A DNA stretch of 58,751 bases, taken from IMG/VR virus record IMGVR_UViG_3300046168_000001, positions 1-58,751 of that record. One strand, written 5' to 3'. The position numbers were made by a program, and so were the translations under genes. Source of the stretch: a virus. Its lineage: Duplodnaviria > Caudoviricetes. The number at the start of each line of letters is the position of its first letter. Within the stretch, counting starts at the first letter, position 1. Below the pieces are notes generated by a model. That model was not told the DNA's origin. It did no database searches and was given only the letters and a program-made list of their open reading frames with translations. Positions 1-9,579 of the stretch are shown piece by piece.

Positions 1-67
1 GTCCCCAAGGTTCCTCATAGTCCTCTAACAGTACTCCTGATCGGGTAATAGTCTTAGTAAAGGGTTC

Positions 68-83
68 TATATACCCCTTATAG
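68..83 (+). promoter_or_regulatory. Putative phage RNAP promoter TATATACCCCTTATAG upstream of terminase
   Basis: 16-mer recurring at 6 unique intergenic sites; ends in TATAG like T7/SP6 promoters. Confidence 0.75.
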
Positions 84-196
84 ATACCATTAGTAGCTCT
101 ATAAGGCTCACTGACAGCCCTTAAAGGTACAAAGAGTAGGTATAGTACCTAAAAAGCCTAGCGGCGACTGAGCGAAGAGAGAAAGACACTATAAGT

Positions 197-209
197 ATCC
201 CGAAGGGAT
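197..209 (-). promoter_or_regulatory. ATCCC-GAA-GGGAT triloop hairpin (left DTR copy); candidate virion-RNAP promoter
   Basis: Same element as 58668-58680; covarying copy at 56115-56127. Confidence 0.5.
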
Positions 210-337
210 TCAAAGACATGATTGAATGATTAAGAGTACCCTGAGTGATTGAGGGGGTACGAAAGTAATCAGGGTACTCATATATATTGTTACTTTAATC
301 AGGCTTACTCAAAGACAATTAAGAGGACACAAGACAC

Positions 338-1990
338 ATGAACAAGAAAGAGCTATCTAAACTGCTCAAAGAAAAGCAGAGAAGGTCTAGGCTTAAGGAT
401 TATGAACATAACTTTACTAAGTTTGCAGAAGAACAAATACAAATCGTTACTAAGGACGTATCCAGGGGGTTTGTTCCATTTAAATTCAATAAAGCCCAAC
501 AGATAATTACAGAAAAATTAGAGGAACAACGGAATGCTACTGGAAAAGTTAGAGCAATTATTCTTAAAGCTAGGCAGCAGGGGATATCTACATACTGCGC
601 TGGACGAGTCTTCTGGAAGAGTTATTATACTCCCCATTCAAGATCAGTTGTCATGGCGCATGATTCGGCTACGTCAGATGCTCTATTTGCTATGTCCAAA
701 AACCTTATTAGAAACATGGAGGGAAACCTTGCACCCAATGAAATACGTAGTAATGCTAAAGAAATTATTATTAACAGTCCTGCTATGGGCGATAAAGACG
801 CTACAGCTTCCTATAGGCTTTATACAGCGGGGTCTCCAGAAGCTGGAAGAGGTACTACGCCGACTATAGCACACTGTTCTGAGGTAGCTTTCTGGCAACA
901 TGATGAGAAGATCCTAGCAGGACTCTTCCAAGGTATCTCACAGGCTGACGGTACTGAGGTTATCCTGGAGTCTACTGCTAATGGTGCTCAAGGGGAGTTT
1001 TACAGGCTCTGGAAGGGCGCTGAGATGGGGGAGAATGAATATCTACCTATCTTTCTACCGTGGTATATTACACCAGAATACACTAGAGAACCCCCAGAGA
1101 ACATGGAGTTGACAGTTGAAGAAGAAAAACTACGAGATAAACACGACCTCACAGACGGACAACTCTACTGGCGAAGACTTAAGATTGCAGAAGGAGGAGA
1201 ACTCAAGTTCAAACAAGAGTACCCCTCAACAGCTGACGAAGCGTTTATTATGTCAGGATCTAACGTCTTCAACCTGGAGCGTTTGGACGCACTAGTTCCA
1301 GAATCTTATCAAAGAAGGTCTGAGTGGGACCCTGCATCGAAGATGTTTGATGAGAATAAAGAAGGTTCTTTGTACATATACCAGTTTCCTGACTGGAATG
1401 AACCCTATGTGGTTGCTGCTGATGTAGCCTTGGGGGTTGGTCAGGACTATTCTGCTGCTGTTGTGTTAAATAAAAAGTATGAGATTGTAGCACACTATAG
1501 GAATAACAAGATTGACCCCAGTATGTGGGGTGATCTTCTGTTTTATTTAGGCCGTTATTATAATAATGCCCTATTAGCAGTAGAATCTAACAGTATGGGT
1601 ATTGCAACCCTGCAGAAACTAGACAGTACAGGCTACATAAACCTGTATAGACAGACAAAGATAGCTAATGTGTCCTCGGAAGAGGGTGTTAGGTTGGGTT
1701 TTAGAACGACATCTGCTACAAAACCAGCGATTATAGCTAATCTTAAAAACCTAATAGAGAATGAAGAGATACTTATCCCGTCTGTGCAGATAATTAAAGA
1801 ACTTAAGGACTATATTTCTACGGATACGGGTAAGACAGAAGCTGCACCCAACTGTTATGATGATTCGGTTATAGCATTAGCGATAGGTTGTGAAGTATTA
1901 CGCACACATTGGGACAGATTGGGGACTTCAAATGTTTCATGGAAACAAAAGATGTCTGGTATAGAACAACCAGAAGTAAACTGGATATAG
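338..1990 (+). CDS. terL: Terminase large subunit
   Basis: Walker A-like ILKARQQGIST, Walker B HCSEVAFW, ESTANG coupling motif, C-terminal RNase H-like nuclease (AADVALG..DYS, DDSVIALAI). Confidence 0.93.
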   Translation: MNKKELSKLLKEKQRRSRLKDYEHNFTKFAEEQIQIVTKDVSRGFVPFKFNKAQQIITEKLEEQRNATGKVRAIILKARQQGISTYCAGRVFWKSYYTPHSRSVVMAHDSATSDALFAMSKNLIRNMEGNLAPNEIRSNAKEIIINSPAMGDKDATASYRLYTAGSPEAGRGTTPTIAHCSEVAFWQHDEKILAGLFQGISQADGTEVILESTANGAQGEFYRLWKGAEMGENEYLPIFLPWYITPEYTREPPENMELTVEEEKLRDKHDLTDGQLYWRRLKIAEGGELKFKQEYPSTADEAFIMSGSNVFNLERLDALVPESYQRRSEWDPASKMFDENKEGSLYIYQFPDWNEPYVVAADVALGVGQDYSAAVVLNKKYEIVAHYRNNKIDPSMWGDLLFYLGRYYNNALLAVESNSMGIATLQKLDSTGYINLYRQTKIANVSSEEGVRLGFRTTSATKPAIIANLKNLIENEEILIPSVQIIKELKDYISTDTGKTEAAPNCYDDSVIALAIGCEVLRTHWDRLGTSNVSWKQKMSGIEQPEVNWI

Positions 1991-2006
1991 TATATACCCC
2001 TTATAG
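1991..2006 (+). promoter_or_regulatory. Putative phage RNAP promoter TATATACCCCTTATAG heading the capsid/tail operon
   Basis: Exact copy immediately after the terL stop. Confidence 0.8.
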
Positions 2007-2101
2007 AACATAAAGACCCCTAAGGGTCTAAGAGATCCGCGTTGTCCTCATGCGTCCGGTGGTACGCAGCGGTATACCACCACTTATTTACGGAGGATAG
2101 T

Positions 2102-2308
2102 ATGTCAGTAGAAACATTTCTCAAATGGAAGATACTACCTCGTTTTATGATGTTGGCTAGTACAGTAATGTCTTGGCGATGTGCTGAGTGGTTTATGGAT
2201 CTTCCTGATCCAACAGGAGCACAGTCAGCTTTTGTGTCCGTAGTAATGGGCGTAATGACGGGTGTTTTTGGAATTTGGATGGGTCACGAACATAAAGGGG
2301 ACAAATAA
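2102..2308 (+). CDS. Small two-TM membrane protein
   Basis: GGAGG RBS before ATG 2102; two hydrophobic segments. Confidence 0.7.
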   Translation: MSVETFLKWKILPRFMMLASTVMSWRCAEWFMDLPDPTGAQSAFVSVVMGVMTGVFGIWMGHEHKGDK

Positions 2309-3360
2309 TGCCACCAAGAAATCACAAGGATTGGAAGAAAGAACCTAATGTAGAATACATAAACTCTAGGATATATTCAGATTGGGATATATACAGCCAG
2401 GAACTAGAAACCATATTCTCTAAGGTATGGGTTCCTGTTTGCCATGAAAGCGAACTACCTGAAGACAACTGGTATCGGACCTCAACAATTGCACATACAC
2501 CAATTGCTGTAATAAAAAATAAACATGGTATTCATGTGTATAAAAACACAGGGCTTCATGGTGTATCAGGGCCAGTAGGTATTATAACTGGTAATCGACT
2601 ACATAGTGAAATAGGATACGGTGGGATGGTGTGGGCTACCCTTGATGATAACCCAACACAATCTCTAAAAGAATGGCTTAATGGATCATTTGATTGTATT
2701 ATAGATGCTATTGATGCTGAACCATTAGAGGTGTTTCATTACCACAAGGCTATTATAGATACGAATTACAAACTGTGGCATGACACTAACTCAGAGTTCT
2801 ACCACGACTTTATGCACTACTTTAATCGTGTGTCGGGGTTTAACGATGAATACTTTGCTAGAAAAAATATACCATTTGATAACGGACACGTTAATGTCAG
2901 CAGCTTCACAGTCAACTATGAGGAGTACGATGGGTTTGAGGATAGAGGAGAGCTTAGTTTCCCTAACCTTCCACCCAATCAATGGTATATGGTTGATTTG
3001 TTTCCTGGATTTAATTTTAATCTTAGGGGGAGTGCTTATAGAAGCGATAGTGTTACGCCTCTTGGACCAAACAAAGTTCTTATTGAGTTTCGTGGCTATG
3101 GTCTCAAAAGTGACTCACCAGAAGATAGGAAGACCCGTATAAACCACCACAACTCTATTTGGGGTCCATTCGGTAGAAACTTACACGAAGACCTTATTGG
3201 TGTCGCTGGTCAGGGCACAACAATGCGTCCAGGCACAGAAGATCGTTTCATACTTCATGGTCGGCATGAAAACAGAACCATACACGATGAAGTAGGCATG
3301 AGACATTATTATGAGGAGTGGGGGAAATGGATGGGGATAAATCCAAAAATAGCAGCATAA
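2308..3360 (+). CDS. Ring-hydroxylating oxygenase alpha subunit-like protein (MsmA-like), lacking Rieske CxH/CxxH ligands; auxiliary metabolic gene
   Basis: IYS...IFSKVWVPVCHESELP N-terminus; NYKLWHDTNSEFYHDFMH mononuclear-iron motif; LFPGF and distal EDL ligand. Confidence 0.8.
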   Translation: MPPRNHKDWKKEPNVEYINSRIYSDWDIYSQELETIFSKVWVPVCHESELPEDNWYRTSTIAHTPIAVIKNKHGIHVYKNTGLHGVSGPVGIITGNRLHSEIGYGGMVWATLDDNPTQSLKEWLNGSFDCIIDAIDAEPLEVFHYHKAIIDTNYKLWHDTNSEFYHDFMHYFNRVSGFNDEYFARKNIPFDNGHVNVSSFTVNYEEYDGFEDRGELSFPNLPPNQWYMVDLFPGFNFNLRGSAYRSDSVTPLGPNKVLIEFRGYGLKSDSPEDRKTRINHHNSIWGPFGRNLHEDLIGVAGQGTTMRPGTEDRFILHGRHENRTIHDEVGMRHYYEEWGKWMGINPKIAA

Positions 3361-3554
3361 AACCAGTAGCTTTAGAAGTAGGTGAAAATAGTTTTGAGCT
3401 TGTGTTACGTATATTAGGTAATGAGTTTATAGCAATACGAATAGGATCAACAAACTTTAGTGGTAAACTAATAGCAGGTGGTGTCTTATTACTTTTCTTT
3501 ACGTTTATGCTTCTGGAGGTATTTGGCCTGTCAAGGATTATGGGAGTTGAGTAA
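3318..3554 (+). CDS. Hypothetical membrane protein
   Basis: ORF with C-terminal TM helix, translationally coupled. Confidence 0.55.
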   Translation: MGEMDGDKSKNSSIKPVALEVGENSFELVLRILGNEFIAIRIGSTNFSGKLIAGGVLLLFFTFMLLEVFGLSRIMGVE

Positions 3555-3952
3555 TGCCCACCAGAGTCAATGAAAATACAGAAGTAGCTTTACCATTACG
3601 AAATATTATAAGCATGGTAGCAGCAGCTAGTGTTGCAACATGGGCGTACTTTGGAATTATAGAACGTCTTAATCAAATGGAAACAAACGTAACCATGATG
3701 GAAGCAGACGTAGGTCAGAACACAGAGTTTCGTATTAAATGGCCTCGTGGTGACATGGGAAGTCTACCCGCAGATAGTGAACAATATATGCTTATTGAAC
3801 ACCTTGCGGGAGAGTTAGAAAAACTACAAACCGATATTGAAAGTGGTAAGGCTCCGTATGATCAACAACAAAAGTTGACTTTAGAGTTCTATGAAAAACG
3901 AATAACTAGCTTAGAAGAAAACATAGAAAAACTAAGAAACGGAGATAAGTAA
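3554..3952 (+). CDS. Hypothetical TM plus coiled-coil protein
   Basis: N-terminal TM, heptad-rich C-terminus; TAATG coupling. Confidence 0.65.
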   Translation: MPTRVNENTEVALPLRNIISMVAAASVATWAYFGIIERLNQMETNVTMMEADVGQNTEFRIKWPRGDMGSLPADSEQYMLIEHLAGELEKLQTDIESGKAPYDQQQKLTLEFYEKRITSLEENIEKLRNGDK

Positions 3953-4161
3953 TGAAAGAAACTCTTTTCGTTCTATTCTTAACATTAGGTGGGGAACCTA
4001 TAGAATGGACACCTCATTTTTCCCTAAAGGATTGCTTAAGTATAAAACGAAAAATTGATCGTCTTTCAAAATCAGGTCACTTATACAGTTGTAAAAAAGA
4101 AACTGTGACTCTGGAACAAGATGGTGATAAATACGTTATAGTGGATTTTATAAATGAGTAG
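3952..4161 (+). CDS. Hypothetical small protein (signal-like N-terminus, two Cys)
   Basis: TAATG coupling with upstream gene. Confidence 0.55.
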   Translation: MKETLFVLFLTLGGEPIEWTPHFSLKDCLSIKRKIDRLSKSGHLYSCKKETVTLEQDGDKYVIVDFINE

Positions 4162-4312
4162 CCCATGTGTTGGTGTTTGTAGATTAGATAGCGAAGATAA
4201 ATATTGTGTTGGATGTGGACGAACAACCGATCAAATAAGAGATTATTATTTGGATGGACTAAAAAATGGTACACATACCTTATACTCAACCCAAAAGAAA
4301 AAGAAAACCTAA
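4154..4312 (+). CDS. DUF1289-like Cys-rich protein (52 aa; not in ORF track)
   Basis: Manual translation MSSPCVGVCRLDSEDKYCVGCGRTTDQIRDY... fits the SPC-x3-C...CxGCxRT pattern. Confidence 0.7.
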   Translation: MSSPCVGVCRLDSEDKYCVGCGRTTDQIRDYYLDGLKNGTHTLYSTQKKKKT

Positions 4313-4372
4313 AGAATACAAAAGCCCTATTGTGTGGTGGAACAGTGTTCGTTATAGTAATGGAGAATTGTC

Positions 4373-4651
4373 ATGTCAATCGAAAAAGCAGGAGAAACCT
4401 TCTCCGGTTACAACAAACCAAAGCGAACCCCTAACCACCCCAAAAAATCCCACGCTGTCCTTGCGAGGTCGGGTGGTAAAGAAAAACTAATACGGTTTGG
4501 TGAAAAAGGTGCGAGTACTGCAGGTAAACCAAAGGCTGGTGAATCTAGGCGTATGAAAATGAAACGTAAATCTTTTAAGGCTCGTCATGCTAAAAACATT
4601 GCTCGTGGTCCTTTAAGCGCAGCATATTGGGCTAATAAGGTTAAATGGTAG
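4373..4651 (+). CDS. Basic hypothetical protein typical of marine phages
   Basis: KLIRFG...RKSFKARH...SAAYWA..VKW; GGAG RBS. Confidence 0.75.
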   Translation: MSIEKAGETFSGYNKPKRTPNHPKKSHAVLARSGGKEKLIRFGEKGASTAGKPKAGESRRMKMKRKSFKARHAKNIARGPLSAAYWANKVKW

Positions 4652-4653
4652 AT

Positions 4654-4884
4654 ATGGAGGATAAATTGCTAGAAGCTGTTCGTAAACACGCAGAGGGTCA
4701 TGTGGCTAAGCACGTGGCAAATATTGAGGTCTATTTAGATAATCCTGTTGGTATTGGTGAACATAGTGATATTATTGATGCTATTGAAACTGAGTTAAGT
4801 CATATGGCTAAATGGCATGAAAAATTAGAAATGATTGACATATATATCACGGAGGTAAAGGATGGCTGTAAATGCGGCAGGTAA
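4654..4884 (+). CDS. Hypothetical protein
   Basis: NIEVYLDNPVGIGEHSDI motif seen in marine phage hypotheticals. Confidence 0.65.
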   Translation: MEDKLLEAVRKHAEGHVAKHVANIEVYLDNPVGIGEHSDIIDAIETELSHMAKWHEKLEMIDIYITEVKDGCKCGR

Positions 4885-5029
4885 CTACACAAAACCGACA
4901 ATGCGTAAAAACTTGTTTAATAAAATTAAAGCAGGTAGTAAAGGAGGTCGTCCAGGCCAATGGTCGGCGCGAAAGGCGCAAATGCTTGCTAAACAGTATA
5001 AAGCAAATGGTGGAGGCTATAGAGACTAA
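4862..5029 (+). CDS. Basic hypothetical protein (55 aa; not in ORF track)
   Basis: Manual translation MAVNAAGNYTKPTMRK...GQWSARKAQMLAKQYKANGGGYRD; GGAGG RBS. Confidence 0.75.
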   Translation: MAVNAAGNYTKPTMRKNLFNKIKAGSKGGRPGQWSARKAQMLAKQYKANGGGYRD

Positions 5030-5283
5030 TGCCAAAAAAACCGTCACAAAAGAGCCTAAGCAAATGGACTTCTCAGAAGTGGCGAACCAAAAGTGGTAAA
5101 AACTCTACTCAAGGTCCGTTGGCTACTGGAGAACGTTATATGCCAGCTTCAGCTGTGGCTAGTCTTACGCCAGCAGAACACGCTGCTACCACTAGGGCTA
5201 AGAGAAAAGCTACAAAAGCAGGAAAACAATTTAGTAAACAACCTAAAAAGGTTGCAAACAAAGTAAAACGACATAGAACGTAA
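5029..5283 (+). CDS. Basic hypothetical protein (DUF5872-like)
   Basis: SQKSLSKWTSQKWRTKSG...GERYMP...GKQF. Confidence 0.65.
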   Translation: MPKKPSQKSLSKWTSQKWRTKSGKNSTQGPLATGERYMPASAVASLTPAEHAATTRAKRKATKAGKQFSKQPKKVANKVKRHRT

Positions 5284-5298
5284 ACCCAGGAGTGGTAA

Positions 5299-5439
5299 AT
5301 GTCTAGATTTGTACAAGAAACACATAAACAAAAAGATGCTAAAAAACCTCAGCCAAAGTTACCTAAGGCTGGTTCTTATGATTTAAAAGCTTTAGAGAAA
5401 GCTAAGCCTATTTATTCAGGCACTGGAGGGAAACGATAA
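5299..5439 (+). CDS. Small basic protein (46 aa; not in ORF track)
   Basis: AGGAG RBS; MSRFVQETHKQ...GTGGKR; stop overlaps the portal ATG. Confidence 0.6.
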   Translation: MSRFVQETHKQKDAKKPQPKLPKAGSYDLKALEKAKPIYSGTGGKR

Positions 5440-7631
5440 TGGAACCCGAAGGATATAAAGAGGTTGTTAGTGATGAACAACTGATTAGCATGATAGAGTC
5501 TGGTGTACAGAACTCTACAGGCGATTGGTTAAATTCATCTGAACTAGCAAGAGAAAGATTAAAAGCTACCTACGAATATGCTGGAGTGGCTGACTACCAC
5601 TTATCACCTCAAGGTGTTAGTACAATTGTAGATACCTCTACAACAGAAGTAGTCGAAGCTTATACAGCCGTATTATCTGACTTGTTTCTTACAAATAAAA
5701 GACTAGCAAGGTTTATGCCTTGGGACAGTTCTCCTGCAGCAATTCAAGCTGCTAAAGATGCTTCTGATATAACTAACTATTGTTTGTTTAAAAAAAATAA
5801 TGGGTGGGAACTTATTCAACAATGGATGAAAGCAGCCTTACTGTGGAAGAATGCTGTGTGCCGTTGGGGGTATGTTGAAGATTACGATTATGTATTTGAA
5901 GAATACGAAAAGATTAGTCAACCAAATCTAGATAAACTATTATCAGAAGATAATGTTGAAATTGTTGGTGATCTAGAGTTTGAAAATGAGTTTCAATCAA
6001 CTGACTCTATAACTGAACAAAACGTAGAACTTATGTACGTTGATGTTCGTATTCGTAAACGTATTAATAAGTCTCGTGTTAAAGTGGAACTGGTCCCACC
6101 AGAAAACTTTCGTATATCAAGAGATGCTACCTGCATAACTGATGCAGCATTTGTTGGTATGCAAACAGAAATGACACGCTCAGAGATCCGTAAATACTAT
6201 CCTGAAATGGCTGACAGTATTGATGCCTGGGATGAACTTGGTGATGATACGTGGTCTGGTAGTTTAAAATACTCTCAAGATATTGCAGCACGTAAACAAG
6301 TTACAGGACAAGAGTATACTCAAGGATCCTTGCAGCAAGAAACCACACCGCTAGAGGCTAATCGTGAAGTAGCTGTTACAGAGTGCTGGATGCATGTTGA
6401 TCGTGATGGTGATGGTATTGCAGAGTTAAAACATTTTATTATAGCGGGTTCTCACATCTTATATGAAGAAGATTGTGATGAAGTCCCAATGGCTTCTATT
6501 GTTCCTATTGATATTCCATTTGAATTTTATGGTTTATCAATGGCAGATTTTACACGTAGTTCTACACTGGCATCGACCGCCATCCTACGTGGCTTTGTAG
6601 AGAATACATACCTCACTAACTATTCGCCTAAACTGGCTGATCCAAATGTGGTAGACTTCTCTGCATTGCAAAATATGAAGCCTAAACAGATTATACCAAC
6701 TAATGGTAGTCCTGTGGGTGCTGTTCAACAGTTACCTCCTGAGACAATCTCAACAGGTACAGTACCATTGCTTGAACATCTGCAAATGATTAAAGAACAA
6801 GCTACTGGTATGTCTAAAGCTGCTCAAGGTCTTAATGATACACTCTATGTGTCAGGAAACTCTGAGCAAAAACTATCAGCGGTTCAATCTGCCGCACAAA
6901 AACGTATTCAACATATTGCTCGTAGATTTGCTGAGACAGGGTTTAAACGTCTTTTGTCTGGTATTTATTCTACAATGCGTAGTAATATGAAAGGCAATAT
7001 AGATTACAATATTGCAGGTGCATTTAAATCTATTAATATGCAAAACCTACCTTCAACTATGGACTTAGAAGTTTTGTTAGATATTGGTGAAAATTCTAAT
7101 TCTTCATTAATAGGAAAGTATAGTCGTATTGCTGGAGAAATCCTCCCTGGACTAGCACAACAAGGTGCAGGTATGATTGTAAAACCAGAAGCCCCAGCTA
7201 TCCTTGCTACTAAACTTATTGAAGCAATGGATATAGATAGTAATGACTTCTTGCAAGATTACAATACAGACGACTTTAAACAAAAGGCAGCACAGGCTAT
7301 TCAAAGCCAACAACAAAAAGCTCAAGCAGAACAAGCATTGCAACAACGTAAGGTTGAGGCAGAAGCTGCTTTATCAGAAGCAAACGTTGTTTATACAGGT
7401 GCTCAAACTAAAAACACTATGGATGATAATGCAAAACAACTTGCAGTATCAATTGATAAACACTTTCAAGAATGGGCAGATCTTCAAATTAGAGCAACTA
7501 AAGAGGGTGCAGAGTTACCAGAACATCCTGGTTATGACCAGATTATTATGTTAGCTAGGCAAATCCTAAGCCCACCTCAACAACAGCCACAACCACAGAT
7601 GGGACCACAGGGACCTCAGGAGATAAGATAA
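5439..7631 (+). CDS. Portal protein
   Basis: 730 aa; VPPENFRI, ECW..VDRDGDGIAEL, FYGLSMAD, IARRFAETG motifs typical of P22-like podovirus portals; position before scaffold and capsid. Confidence 0.88.
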   Translation: MEPEGYKEVVSDEQLISMIESGVQNSTGDWLNSSELARERLKATYEYAGVADYHLSPQGVSTIVDTSTTEVVEAYTAVLSDLFLTNKRLARFMPWDSSPAAIQAAKDASDITNYCLFKKNNGWELIQQWMKAALLWKNAVCRWGYVEDYDYVFEEYEKISQPNLDKLLSEDNVEIVGDLEFENEFQSTDSITEQNVELMYVDVRIRKRINKSRVKVELVPPENFRISRDATCITDAAFVGMQTEMTRSEIRKYYPEMADSIDAWDELGDDTWSGSLKYSQDIAARKQVTGQEYTQGSLQQETTPLEANREVAVTECWMHVDRDGDGIAELKHFIIAGSHILYEEDCDEVPMASIVPIDIPFEFYGLSMADFTRSSTLASTAILRGFVENTYLTNYSPKLADPNVVDFSALQNMKPKQIIPTNGSPVGAVQQLPPETISTGTVPLLEHLQMIKEQATGMSKAAQGLNDTLYVSGNSEQKLSAVQSAAQKRIQHIARRFAETGFKRLLSGIYSTMRSNMKGNIDYNIAGAFKSINMQNLPSTMDLEVLLDIGENSNSSLIGKYSRIAGEILPGLAQQGAGMIVKPEAPAILATKLIEAMDIDSNDFLQDYNTDDFKQKAAQAIQSQQQKAQAEQALQQRKVEAEAALSEANVVYTGAQTKNTMDDNAKQLAVSIDKHFQEWADLQIRATKEGAELPEHPGYDQIIMLARQILSPPQQQPQPQMGPQGPQEIR

Positions 7632-7934
7632 ATGGCACATTCGACTATTAGTAAACTTGGTGTAGGAGGAACTCAGGCAGGAACTGCAGTAACAAGCACT
7701 TCAGGAAATAAAACAGTTGTATTTACAAATGAAACAGACTCTGTAATTACACTTGATCTTAAATGCGCTGGCTCAATTAACGCAGCTGATAAAGGCATTA
7801 AGGTTCCAGCCAAAGAATTTCTTAATTACACACATGTTGGTGGACACGGTGCTTGTGTAATGGAAAATGTTAAAACAGCACACGGTACAGCTGCTCAAAC
7901 TGATGAGCGTATCTATATCCACCATCGTGTGTAA
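7632..7934 (+). CDS. Hypothetical protein
   Basis: Tightly packed ORF with AGGAG RBS. Confidence 0.65.
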   Translation: MAHSTISKLGVGGTQAGTAVTSTSGNKTVVFTNETDSVITLDLKCAGSINAADKGIKVPAKEFLNYTHVGGHGACVMENVKTAHGTAAQTDERIYIHHRV

Positions 7935-7937
7935 GTA

Positions 7938-8273
7938 ATGGATAAGTATCGTAAGACAGCTGAGAAGAAGCTGGGAAACGAGAAATCATATGGTAATCAT
8001 AAAATTCATCCCGAAGAACTAGCAAGGCAAGCTCATGTTAAAGGGCACTTTGCAGCTAGAGAACGGGATGAGTTTTTTGATGAAGTATACGGTGAAGTTT
8101 TAATTGATTTCTTTTTAGAATGGTTAAAAACAGAACCGCATGAGACTAAATCTCGTGAGTTTCTCTACAGTTCTGCTATGGCACTAGGAAGTGTTAAGGA
8201 GAAAATGATGAACTTTGAGATGTACGGAAAAAATATTCCGCACCTACAGGAGGACAACAATGAGAACAATTGA
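7938..8273 (+). CDS. Hypothetical head-module protein
   Basis: WLKTEPHETKSREFLY; usual position between portal and scaffold. Confidence 0.65.
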   Translation: MDKYRKTAEKKLGNEKSYGNHKIHPEELARQAHVKGHFAARERDEFFDEVYGEVLIDFFLEWLKTEPHETKSREFLYSSAMALGSVKEKMMNFEMYGKNIPHLQEDNNENN

Positions 8274-8463
8274 TATTGATGCTCTTATAAATAACTACAA
8301 AGAGATGATTAATACGTTAGAATACGATTCTATGCGTAGTGCAGGTAAAGCAAAACTAAATTCTGAAAAACTTATACACATGCACTCGCTTGTTAATCAC
8401 TATTCTAAAATAAAAAATTCTGAAAAGGCTAGTCCTAAAAAGGAGATAGCAAATGGAAAGTAA
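8260..8463 (+). CDS. Hypothetical protein
   Basis: AGGAGG RBS before ATG 8260. Confidence 0.55.
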   Translation: MRTIDIDALINNYKEMINTLEYDSMRSAGKAKLNSEKLIHMHSLVNHYSKIKNSEKASPKKEIANGK

Positions 8464-9559
8464 TACCGAAGCACCTGTAAGCTCTACCCAATCGGATGAA
8501 CCTACTGCAGAGGTTAATAGTCAAACTGAAGAGGCTTTGCTGGCTGACATTGTACGAAACTCTGATTTCGTAGATACTCTACCCGATGAGCAAGTACCTG
8601 AGTTAGACGCGGAAGACTCTGATGATGAAGACCCAGAAGAATCAGAAGAATCCGATAATGAAGATGATGAAGAAGAGATTGAAGAAGAAGCTGAAGAAGA
8701 CACAGACGAAGAAGATGCCGATGAAGAATCCGCTACCGATGAACCTGATGTGTTTGCTACAGATGACTTGGATCTAGAAGCTAAAGTTGTAGTCAAAATA
8801 GATGGCGAACATACAGAAGTTTCTTTTGGTGACCTTATTAAAGGTTACTCTACTGAACAACATCTGTCTAAAAAGGGTCGTGAACTTGGTGATGCAAGAA
8901 AACAGTTAGAAGAAGAATACCAAGAAAAGGTTGGAGAAATCCAAAACCTATCTAAGGCATCTGCTGCTATACTGTACTCAAATGAACAAGCTCTTTCTAA
9001 AGAGTACCATGATATCGAAGCTCAAATTGATAAGGCTCGTAAAGATGGTGATACATATGAAGTTGGCGAGTTAAAAGATAAACGAGAACAAGCACAAAAA
9101 AAATACTGGGATGCACGTAATCAACGTGAAGCACTAGTAGAAACTCTTCAAAAGTCTGAACAGGAACAAAATCAAAAAGAATGGAATGAACAAATACAAT
9201 ATTTTAATCAAACCATTCCTGATATGATTCCTGACTTTAATGAAGAGACTGCTTCAGCAATTCGTGAGTTTGCTATTGAAGAAGGTATTTCTCCAGAAGT
9301 ATTAGACTCAATTGCCGATCCTGTAATTGTAAAGTTTGTCGATGACTATCGTAGACTAAAACAAGGTATCACTAAAGGTACTGCTAAAAGGAAAGCTACT
9401 CCAGCTAAAAAGGCTCCGCTTAAGAAAGCTAAAACTACAACTCGCAAAAAACAAGATAAAGCAGCTGAAGTTAGAGCTAGAGCGATGAGTCCTGATTCTT
9501 CTAATGAAGATCAAATGGAGTTTTTGAGAGGTCTTGCCAACCAATCTTTAAATCTTTAA
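8453..9559 (+). CDS. Capsid scaffolding protein
   Basis: Very acidic N-half, VKIDGE..VSFGDLIKGY motif, coiled coil; directly upstream of capsid. Confidence 0.85.
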   Translation: MESNTEAPVSSTQSDEPTAEVNSQTEEALLADIVRNSDFVDTLPDEQVPELDAEDSDDEDPEESEESDNEDDEEEIEEEAEEDTDEEDADEESATDEPDVFATDDLDLEAKVVVKIDGEHTEVSFGDLIKGYSTEQHLSKKGRELGDARKQLEEEYQEKVGEIQNLSKASAAILYSNEQALSKEYHDIEAQIDKARKDGDTYEVGELKDKREQAQKKYWDARNQREALVETLQKSEQEQNQKEWNEQIQYFNQTIPDMIPDFNEETASAIREFAIEEGISPEVLDSIADPVIVKFVDDYRRLKQGITKGTAKRKATPAKKAPLKKAKTTTRKKQDKAAEVRARAMSPDSSNEDQMEFLRGLANQSLNL

Positions 9560-9579
9560 TACCTTGGAGGTATAATTAA

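Larger units (their letters stand above)
1..280. repeat. Left direct terminal repeat (280 bp)
   Basis: Sequence gtccccaagg...cagggtactca at 1-280 is repeated at 58472-58751. Confidence 0.97.

Noticed and set aside
8521-8796. Antisense poly-Ser ORF
   Set aside because: Reverse complement of GAA/GAT codons in the acidic scaffold
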